Shown one piece after another: positions 38,901-48,660 of a stretch of 48,660 bases of DNA. This DNA comes from Octopus bimaculoides (lineage: Eukaryota). The DNA lies in contig NC_068986.1 in NCBI RefSeq assembly GCF_001194135.2, positions 71,291,131 through 71,339,790 on the forward strand. The letters run 5' to 3'. Made by a program: the position numbers and the translations under genes. Numbering within the stretch: position 1 is the first letter of the stretch; every line of letters begins with the position of its first letter. A model generated the notes under the pieces. The model did no database searches, was not told the DNA's origin, and saw only the letters and a list, made by a program, of their open reading frames with translations.

Positions 38901-40635
38901 AGGGCGGCGAGCTGGCAGAATCGTCACCGCGCCGGGCAAAATGCTCAGCGACATTTCGTCCGTCTTCATGAGCTGAGTTCAAATCCTGCAGATGTTGTGT
39001 TTGCCTGATAAAATAAGTACTAGTCGAACACCGGGGTCGATATAATCGGCTTACCCCCACCCCCGAAATTACTGGCCTTGTGCCAAAATTTGTAACCATT
39101 TTATTATTATAGTTTTTGTTGCTGTTGTCTTTAGCACGCCGGCCAAACGTTTAGCGGCATTTCGTACCCCTATGCGTTCTAATTCCATCGAGATCGATCT
39201 TACCTTTCATTGTATTCAGATCGATAACTTTACTACCTGTGAGTTACTGGTGTCGATGTAATCGACTTACCCACTTTCAAGCCTTGCGCCTGTATTAGAA
39301 AAGATTCTAATTATTATTGTTGTTGTTGCTGCTGTTATTGAGACAGCAGGCTGGCAGAACAATTATCACATCGGAAGAAGTGCCTAGCGGCATTTCATCC
39401 CTCTATAATCCCTAGTCTCCTCTACAAAAATTTCAGGCCTTGTGTCTATAATAGAAAGGATTATGATAATAATAATTATTATTGTTGTTAAAGCGACAAG
39501 CTGGCTGAAAGGAATAGAAAGGATTATTATCATTATTGTTGTTGTTGTTGTTGTTGTTATAAAGGCAGTGAGATGGCAGAATCGCTAGCACACCGGACAA
39601 AATACTTATCGTCATTTCTTCCATATTTAGGTACCGAGATAAAATTCCACCGAGGTCGACTTTGTCTTTCATCCATTCGGAGTCGATCAAATAAGCGCCA
39701 GTCAAACATTAGGATTGATGTAATGGATTATCTCCTACAACCGCCAATCTTCAGGCCTTGCGCCTATAGTAGAAACAATAATAATAATCATTATTAGGGT
39801 AACGAGGCAGCGGTCCTTCTGTGGTCGATAAAATAAGTACCAGTTGAGTACTGATGTCGATGTAACAGAGTTACCCTTCCCTGAAATTGCAGGCCTTGTG
39901 CCAAAATCTGAAATTATTAACGTTTCATCATTTCGGGATCGATCAAATAAGGGCGGAATTCTGCTTTATGCACGGCATATAATCCCTCATAACATTTTTT
40001 TTTATTTTTCGAAATTTTGAGAAATTTCTTGCGAATTTGTTTTCTACACACGGGAAAGCATTCGACTATGTAAAAACAGCAAAAAAAAAAAAAAAAACAA
40101 TGTGTGAGATTTAAGGGGTATTTAGCTGTTATACTTAGTACATCTTACGACAACCTCATACCGTCCTTGCTTGTTTGTCACTCTGACGTATTGAGTTTCT
40201 TCAATATCTTTCACCCCATAAACATATTTAATAGTCTATGCTGGGATTTAAGCCAAAAATTCGGACTGCCCGTATATTAAACTGTGATTAAGAAAGAAAA
40301 ATTCGAAAATTAATTTTTTTTGCGTAGTCGTATAAATTCCCGTGTGTAGAACACAAATCCGAAAAGTTTTCTGAAAATTCTAAAAAAATAAAAAAAGTTA
40401 TGAGGGGTTATATGCCGTCCATAAAGCAGAGTTTCCCAAAAATAAGCACCAGTTAAGCACCGGGGTTGTTGGAATCGACTTGCTCCCTGCCATTTCAAAA
40501 TTGCTGGGCTATGTGCCAAAACCAGAAATAATTTTTCTGTATTATAGCAGAATTGTAAGCCCATCGAAACAAAGTACTCCGCGGTATTTCTTCTGGCTCT
40601 TTACGTTCCAAGTTTCAAATCCCGTCGAGACCACT
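38901..40635 (+). mobile_element. Head-to-tail cluster of about 7 SINE family 1 copies or fragments
   Basis: Copies at about 38901-39097, 39131-39303, 39341-39460, 39562-39775, 39796-39913, 39921-40510 (split by a MITE) and 40543-40635; spacers are (TTA)/(TTG) tracts. Confidence 0.85.
39952..40437. mobile_element. MITE with ~125-bp TIRs and ~9-bp TSD (Mutator/MULE-like)
   Basis: Left ggcggaattctgctttatgcacggcatataatccctcataac vs reverse complement of the right end gggaaactctgctttatggacggcatataacccctcataac; flanks tcaaataag / aaaaataag. Confidence 0.82.
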
Positions 40636-40659
40636 TCAACGCTACTCGCCTTGTTCCTA

Positions 40660-40747
<88 letters not shown>
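40660..40747. repeat. (ACT)n(AGT)n inverted microsatellite, centre 40714/40715
   Basis: Direct observation. Confidence 0.92.
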
Positions 40748-40945
40748 CGTCGTAGTAAGGGTAGTAGTATTAGTAATATTGTATTATCAGCCACTGTCTG
40801 TGATTTCAGTTGTGCATATTTCTGTTTATAATATCTCTTAATCCCCTTTTCAAGTGTTCCGACAACTGCAGTTAAGCCTCCTGATTGTAAGATCATGATA
40901 GTTTGCAATGGTTGAATAATAATAATAATAATAATAATAAAAGAA

Positions 40946-41004
<59 letters not shown>

Positions 41005-41732
41005 NNNNNNNNNNNNNNNNNNNNNNNNNNNNNNNNNNNNNNNNNNNNNNNNNNNNNNNNNNNNNNNNNNNNNNNNNNNNNNNNNNNNNNNNNNNNNNNN
41101 NNNNNNNNNNNNNNNNNNNNNNNNNNNNNNNNNNNNNNNNNNNNNNNNNNNNNNNNNNNNNNNNNNNNNNNNNNNNNNNNNNNNNNNNNNNNNNNNNNNN
41201 NNNNNNNNNNNNNNNNNNNNNNNNNNNNNNNNNNNNNNNNNNNNNNNNNNNNNNNNNNNNNNNNNNNNNNNNNNNNNNNNNNNNNNNNNNNNNNNNNNNN
41301 NNNNNNNNNNNNNNNNNNNNNNNNNNNNNNNNNNNNNNNNNNNNNNNNNNNNNNNNNNNNNNNNNNNNNNNNNNNNNNNNNNNNNNNNNNNNNNNNNNNN
41401 NNNNNNNNNNNNNNNNNNNNNNNNNNNNNNNNNNNNNNNNNNNNNNNNNNNNNNNNNNNNNNNNNNNNNNNNNNNNNNNNNNNNNNNNNNNNNNNNNNNN
41501 NNNNNNNNNNNNNNNNNNNNNNNNNNNNNNNNNNNNNNNNNNNNNNNNNNNNNNNNNNNNNNNNNNNNNNNNNNNNNNNNNNNNNNNNNNNNNNNNNNNN
41601 NNNNNNNNNNNNNNNNNNNNNNNNNNNNNNNNNNNNNNNNNNNNNNNNNNNNNNNNNNNNNNNNNNNNNNNNNNNNNNNNNNNNNNNNNNNNNNNNNNNN
41701 NNNNNNNNNNNNNNNNNNNNNNNNNNNNNNNN

Positions 41733-41775
<43 letters not shown>

Positions 41776-43789
41776 ACATACACATATATTTATATACATA
41801 CACATATATTTATATACATACATACATACATACATACATACATACATACATACATACATACATACTATATAGCACACGCGCCTACAATACGGGGAAGTGG
41901 TCCTACTGATAGGCACATCCTGGGTGTAAAAATTCTTGGGTGAGTCATAAAGAGAAAGAAATTGATAGAAATATTAAACTTTTAATTTACTACACGGAAG
42001 GAATTAACAATTTCATTGTCTAATTTATTCATTGCAGCCATTGAAAAGGTAACTCAAAGTACTGTGTATGAAGTTACTTCCCTTCAAATCTTAGTAAATT
42101 GTTTCTTACCTTGTGGACTATGCATGTAAATGTTTACAGGTATGGTTGAGTAGACAGGCACGCAAGCGTGCGCACGCATCCTCATGAACACGTGTAAACC
42201 GCTTTAAGTATATAAACATAGTATTCGAAAGTAAAAGGATAAAATGCGCGAGGCAAAAGATGGAATCACATACATGTCTGCTATTTTCAACAAGGCTCAG
42301 GGTTTATAATGAGTTTGTGTGATGCTATTCGAGGTCATCAAATATCGCAGAGATTAGCTAAGCGATTCTTAACTTTCGCACGACAATTAACACCATAAGT
42401 CAGGTGAGATACATACATGCATTATACATACATACATGNNNNNNNNNNTAGATAGATCGATAGGTTGAGGTTCACTACAGCTGTTTCAGACATGTTCTTT
42501 CTTGATTAATTAAATAATTTCATCATGTATAAAGACCGTTTTCTTCGAGTGAATTAATATATAAACATATATATATACATGTTGTGTGTGTGTATGTGAA
42601 TATATGTGTGTGCATATATATATATATAGCGTTGTTTTCGGAGATTCAGCTTGACACAAATATATATATTTATTTTGCACGCGCACGCACATATACACAT
42701 AAATGTATTTTTACTTTATATATCCACACACATAGACGCAGACATTGTATATAAGTTTTATATGTGTGTGTGTGTGTGTGTGTGTATACACTTATTATGT
42801 GTGTATGTGCGCGCGCGCAAAATAAACATATATAAGGAATATAAACCAGAATCGTCGCTCGGAATCGAGTGTGAGTTGGTAGCGTATATCGTGCTTCCGA
42901 GAATTATACGCTCACCATGTATATATATACTTTATATATTCAGACATAAATTCACACACAAAAACACACACACGCATACACACATCATACAACTCTTTCA
43001 CAAATACACATGAACACATAAGCATACACATATATAGGGAATCTCTGTTAAGAAAGATATATGCCAAAGAAAGGAAACACGAAATCAAAACCGATACGAG
43101 AATAAGACAAATTCTTTGTATATAAATATACACCTTTTTTCTAGGTATTTTAAGAAAATATTTGAGGAAAATAGCATTGGGATTCCAGCATCAATCTCTC
43201 GTGAAAATAAAAATGTATTCGTTACTTTTTCTCAAATGGAACCAAAAGAATTACAGTTGTTCATTATAAAGTTGTATAAATAATACAGGAGCCAAACAAT
43301 TTCTCAGTTTTGCTGGTTCGAGACATGATAATGAAATTTTACTATTCTAGGACACAGTCGAATATTCTGAAATATCTTCATTATCATTCCTTTTCTTTCT
43401 CTTGGTACACACATACATCTTTGTACGTGTGTGTATATGTATGTATTTATTTACATATGTTTATGTATATGTNNNNNNNNNNNNNNNNNNNNNNNNNNNN
43501 NNNNNNNNNNNNNNNNNNNNNNNNNNNNNNNNNNNNNNNNNNNNNNNNNNNNNNNNNNNNNNNNNNNNNNNNNNNNNNNNNNNNNNNNNNNNNNNNNNNN
43601 NNNNNNNNNNNNNNNNNNNNNNNNNNNNNNNNNNNNNNNNNNNNNNNNNNNNNNNNNNNNNNNNNNNNNNNNNNNNNNNNNNNNNNNNNNNNNNNNNNNN
43701 NNNNNNNNNNNNNNNNNNNNNNNNNNNNNNNNNNNNNNNNNNNNNNNNNNTATTATATTATATTATATTATATATAGCGAGACTGAGAG

Positions 43790-43895
43790 AAGAAGAGTGA
43801 GAGAGAGTGAGAGAGAGAAATAAATAGAGAAAGAGTAAGACAGAGAGACAGAGATAGAGAGAGGGGGAGAGTTAGAAAGAGAGATACAGTGAGGG

Positions 43896-43952
<57 letters not shown>
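43790..43952. repeat. (GA)n-rich tract
   Basis: Direct observation. Confidence 0.9.
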
Positions 43953-43956
<4 letters not shown>

Positions 43957-44266
43957 ACCTCGGTTACGAGGACTATTGTCCCAGTTGATTCGGTCAACGA
44001 CACAGCTTGCTCGTAAATCTAGCGTGCAAGTAAGTAAACACACTTCACTCTCTCGTACCTTCAACGTAGTTCTCGGAGATTCAGCACGAGAAACAAAGCG
44101 TGGTAAAGCTGGCCCTTTGAATTACGGGTACAATTCATTTTTGCCAGTTGAATAAACTGGAACAACGAGAAAAACAAAATGTGTCTTGTACATGGACACG
44201 ACGCTCCGCCATGGGAATCGAACTCACGACCTTGTGTAGAATACCCTAATCACTAGGCCACGTGTC
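43957..44266 (-). mobile_element. SINE family 2, near full length
   Basis: Reverse complement aligns by eye with 15693-16000 (gacacgtggcctagtgattagggtatt...gtgagttcgattccc...gaatctccgagaactacgttgaagg). Confidence 0.82.
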
Positions 44267-44271
44267 TTTGG

Positions 44272-44307
<36 letters not shown>

Positions 44308-44489
44308 ATGTATGTATGTATGTATGTATTAGGCCAGCAATTTAAAAGTGAGACAGATTTTAGTTGATGGACACCACTATTCCATTTGAAAGTAAAATTG
44401 CCTGCTTACGTTCCGAGTTCGAACCTAACATTGGGTTCGAACTCGGAGCATAAGGAGGCAAAACATATGCTGCAAATTATTTTTTTAAA

Positions 44490-44692
44490 CAAACCAACGC
44501 TAGTTGTCAAGTGGTGGTAGTGGTGGGAGGAAACAACACAAAGGGATACATACATACGGGTACGGGCGCACACACACACCGACACACGCACACACGCGTA
44601 TTCGAAGAGATTCTTTCAGTTTCCGTCTGCCAAATCCAACCTCGCTTTATGTGGAAGGTGCCATGCAGTAGAACCGAACCCGGAATCACATT
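44490..44692 (-). mobile_element. SINE family 3 fragment
   Basis: Reverse complement: gtgattccgggttcggttctactgcatggcacc...ggatttggcagacggaaactgaaaga...cacttgacaactagcgttggtttg. Confidence 0.7.
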
Positions 44693-44952
44693 TTGTGTAC
44701 ATTATGAAAAAATATTTTAAAAAATTATTCAGTTTCTTTAAAAGGTGCAGTAATCCTGTTCAGTTGTCTGAGTGTAGTTAGTTTAACTACCCGGGGTTGT
44801 GTTGTGGGCTGGCAGTATGAATGGTAGGGTAGTGGAGTACATACCCTGGTGTAGGCATCAAATAGGAACTGTGTGATGGAGAGTGAGGGAAAGAAACAGA
44901 GAATGGGGTTTCGAAATATACTTGAAAAGGATCGAGTGATCCCGGCCCTTAG

Positions 44953-44997
<45 letters not shown>

Positions 44998-45196
44998 TAT
45001 ANNNNNNNNNNNNNNNNNNNNNNNNNNNNNNNNNNNNNNNNNNNNNNNNNNNNNNNNNNNNNNNNNNNNNNNNNNNNNNNNNNNNNNNNNNNNNNNNNNN
45101 NNNNNNNNNNNNNNNNNNNNNNNNNNNNNNNNNNNNNNNNNNNNNNNNNNNNNNNNNNNNNNNNNNNNNNNNNNNNNNNNNNNNNNNNNNNNNNNN

Positions 45197-45238
<42 letters not shown>

Positions 45239-45904
45239 GAGCACACAATTATACATATATACACATATTTACAGACATGCAAACACGCAGGCATATTGCG
45301 ATGTGTGTATATATATGTATATATTTATACATGTGTATTTATTAGACATTTTATCGGCTCGAGTAAAAATAGAGTCGTTTGCATCATCTAATAAATATAT
45401 GTGAATTATGTAAAGGTTTTACTCTAAATTACTTGAAAATAAACATTTGCTGATTAAAATATCATGTAGAAAATAGACGAAATATTCAGGTAAGAACTGT
45501 AAGCCAATTATCTCCCGGTTCTTCAGATTCGTTTAGCATAAGGCGTTCGAATTCATTCCATTAAACTCCGATGTGCTTACTTATGAGCAGGGTAACTTTC
45601 GATGAGTGTTCATTTGAAGGTGTCCTAAAAGAAATATTCATTTAAATCATGCTATGCAACAATTAAATTTACCATGATAATTGTAAGCATATTAACATGC
45701 ACATGCATACTATATCACTAAATTAACTTGTTTTTCGACCAAATAAATTTATCATCATCATCATCATCATCATCATCATTATTATTATTATTATTATTAT
45801 TTGTTGATGTAAAAATTCTCCAAAAGTTCAGTTACAAATGTAAACATCCACTGAATATTTGAAATGTAAAACATACTTGTTGATTTCCTCCTACGCACAG
45901 GTCC

Positions 45905-45928
45905 AGATTATTATTATCGTCATTATCA

Positions 45929-46016
<88 letters not shown>

Positions 46017-46032
46017 CATTATTATTATTATT
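45905..46032. repeat. (ATT)n microsatellite
   Basis: Direct observation. Confidence 0.95.
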
Positions 46033-46584
46033 AGGGCGGTGAGCTGGCAGAATCGTTAGCACGCCGGACGAAATGCTTAGCGGTATTTCGTCTGCTGCTA
46101 CGTTTAATTTCAAATTCCGCCGAAGTCGACTTTGCCTTCCATCCTTTCGGAGTCGATAAATTAAGTACCAGTGGGGGTCGATGTAATCGACTTATCCCCT
46201 CCCACCAAATTTCAGGCCTTGTGCCTATAATAGAAAGCATTATTATTATTATTATTTATTTTTAATCTGCGTGTTTGTTACACTCACTTGCTGAAACACA
46301 CCCAGCGTCCTGGAGCGAGTGAAGGATAAGAGATTACTATTATTATTATTATTATCATTATTATTATTATTAGGGCGGTGAGCTGGTAGAATAGTTAGCA
46401 CGCTGGGCGAAATGCTTGTCGGTATTTCGTCTGACTTCACATTCTCAGTTCAAATTTCGTCGAGGTCGATTTAACCTTTCATCCTTTCGGGGTCGATAAA
46501 ATAAGTACGAGTTGAACACTGGGGGCGATGTAATCGACTCATCCCCTACCCCAAAGTTGCTGCCCTTGTGGCAAAATTTGAAAC

Positions 46585-46620
<36 letters not shown>

Positions 46621-47266
46621 GGTGGGGAGCTGGCAGAATCGTTAGCACGTCCGGAAAATGCTTATCGGCATTTCGTCCGTCTTTACGTTCTGAGTTCCAA
46701 TTCCGCCGAGGTCGACTTTGCCTGCCATCGCTGCGGGGTCGATAAGTACCAGTTGAATCGACATGTCTTCGCTCCCCCAATTTCAGGCCTTGTGCCTATA
46801 GTAGAAAGGATTATTATTATCATTATTGTTTTAGCACGCTGAACGAAATGCTTCACGGTGTTTCTTCCGTCTGAGTTCAAATTCCGCCGAGATCGACTTT
46901 GCCTTTCATCCTTTCAGGGTCGATAAATTAAGTACCAGTTGTGTACTAGGATCGATGTAATCGACTAGCCTCTCCCCCAAATTTCAGGCCTTGTACCTAT
47001 AATAGAAAGGATTACTGTTATTATTATTATTATTATCATTATTATTATTATTATTATTATGAAGGCGGCGAGTTGGCAGAAGCGTTAGCACGAGAGAACC
47101 GTTAGCTGCGTTTCTTTTGGTTCTACTTTCTTAGTTCAAGTTCTGTGGAGGTGGATTTTGATTTTCCTCCTTTCAGATTCTTCAAAAGTACCAGTTGAGC
47201 ACTGGGTCGATTTGGGCGACAATCCCACTCCTAAAATTCTTGATATTATGTCTATACTAAGAAGGA
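46033..47266 (+). mobile_element. Head-to-tail array of 5 SINE family 1 copies with (TTA)n spacers
   Basis: Copies at about 46033-46238, 46372-46585, 46619-46810, 46829-47011 and 47062-47266; two 3'-end variants (..tatagtagaaagg vs ..aaaatttgaaacc). Confidence 0.9.
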
Positions 47267-47270
47267 TTAT

Positions 47271-47321
<51 letters not shown>

Positions 47322-47324
47322 ACG

Positions 47325-47382
<58 letters not shown>

Positions 47383-48324
47383 TGATTGCTTATGTTATTT
47401 TTCTCTATGCTTCAGTCAGTAAGACTATTTCCCCTAAATATTCTTTATCTTCGGTAGTAAAATATTCTAGTAGTTTGTAATCCAAACAAATGTCTATATT
47501 GAACTGACAGTTCTGCTGCGTTAGCTACTCACCTTCATCATTAAATATTGGTACACTTTTCTCCGAATCGAAATTTGATTCTATGACTTAGTTACTACGT
47601 GATTTACATTCCTCCTTATCACATTGATTCGGTCACTATGCTTTCCTGTTTCTTCCTCTTACTTTACAGTCAAAATAAAATAATTTATCTATAGTATTTC
47701 ATGCGATGCAGCACGTTTCTGTTTATTCATTGCGACATCACTTCACATCTTTTATACATACGTCTTTTACATTATATTCAGCAACGCAATATATGTATGA
47801 CATTTTAGGAAAATATTAGACAAAGTAAACTTATATGATAAAAACTACTGCCCCCCACCACCACCACCACCAGCATGAAAACTACTTAAGTGGCTTGTTA
47901 TGGTGGATATTTTAAAAGAAAGGCAATTAAATTTACAATAGAGATGCAGCGGATATGTCGACCTTGTGCCTTTAACTTTATCATGTTTAATTTAAATGAA
48001 AAGAAAGGTCATTTCCGACTACAAGCTCTCTGTTAGCCGCACGCAGATAAATATAGCTTAAATGTTTTTCAGTTCTAGATAGTATCATCCATCCACCTAA
48101 TTGAAGCAACCTATTCACCAACTAGCAAGTTACTGCAAGTCAGCAACAAATACTGCCCCTTTTGGAGGTTTATAAGATAATATACACAAACAAAACTTTA
48201 TCAATTTAGTAAATTAATACTGGCAAGTCAGTAGGGCATTGCATGTGTATATTTATAGAGTTTTTCGAAATATATTTTCTTACTTGCTCGTTCTTTTACT
48301 TTCTTCATCTTGGCCTCTCATGCT

Positions 48325-48397
48325 TGAAAATGAATGAATGAATGACTGACTGAATGAATGACTGAATGAATGAATGAATGAATGAATGAGTGAAAGA

Positions 48398-48453
<56 letters not shown>

Positions 48454-48470
48454 GTCTGTCTGTCTGTCTA

Positions 48471-48500
<30 letters not shown>
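48325..48500. repeat. (TGAA)n then (TCTA)n(TCTG)n microsatellites
   Basis: Direct observation. Confidence 0.92.
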
Positions 48501-48502
<2 letters not shown>

Positions 48503-48616
48503 GCTACCTATCTATGTATCTATCTCGGTCTGACTATCTATCATCTACCTCCCTGCCTATTTGCATGCGAAACGTATGTATGCATATACATGTGTGTATG
48601 TGTATGCATGTGTATG

Positions 48617-48660
<44 letters not shown>

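Noticed and set aside
40657-41943. Longest ORFs in the track (296-419 aa)
   Set aside because: Mostly X from the 728-bp N gap, plus microsatellites.
46033-47266. Regular repeat-spacer pattern suggestive of a CRISPR array
   Set aside because: Units are ~200-bp divergent tRNA-derived SINEs, spacers are microsatellites, there are no cas genes, and the DNA is eukaryotic.

Overview
Eukaryotic, AT-rich, draft-assembly genomic DNA with many N gaps and very dense microsatellites. The SINE repertoire and microsatellite load suggest an Octopus (coleoid cephalopod) genome; this is recall-based inference, not a search. I find no supportable host protein-coding gene, RNA gene or CRISPR array. The ORFs in the track are transposon relics or microsatellite artefacts. 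(1) 0.5-13.9 kb is a stack of about 9-10 decayed, 5'-truncated R4/Dong-clade non-LTR retrotransposons (RT + CCHC + restriction-like endonuclease). All are on the minus strand, mostly separated by (TTA)n/(ATC)n tracts. (2) 14-25 kb holds a probable CR1/Jockey-like LINE 3' end, several tRNA-derived SINE families and low-complexity DNA. (3) 25-34 kb holds DNA-transposon relics: a TIR-intact internally deleted mariner, two mariner N-termini, a roughly 1.06 kb non-autonomous Helitron with an internal ~95/190-bp array and a Pif1 relic, and a Chapaev3-like transposase C-terminus. (4) 34.8-38.3 kb is repeat-poor and unexplained. (5) 38.9-40.6 kb and 46.0-47.3 kb are head-to-tail SINE arrays; the first contains a Mutator-like MITE with a ~9-bp TSD. 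Family names come from motif recall and need database confirmation. Coordinates were counted by hand and may be off by some bases.
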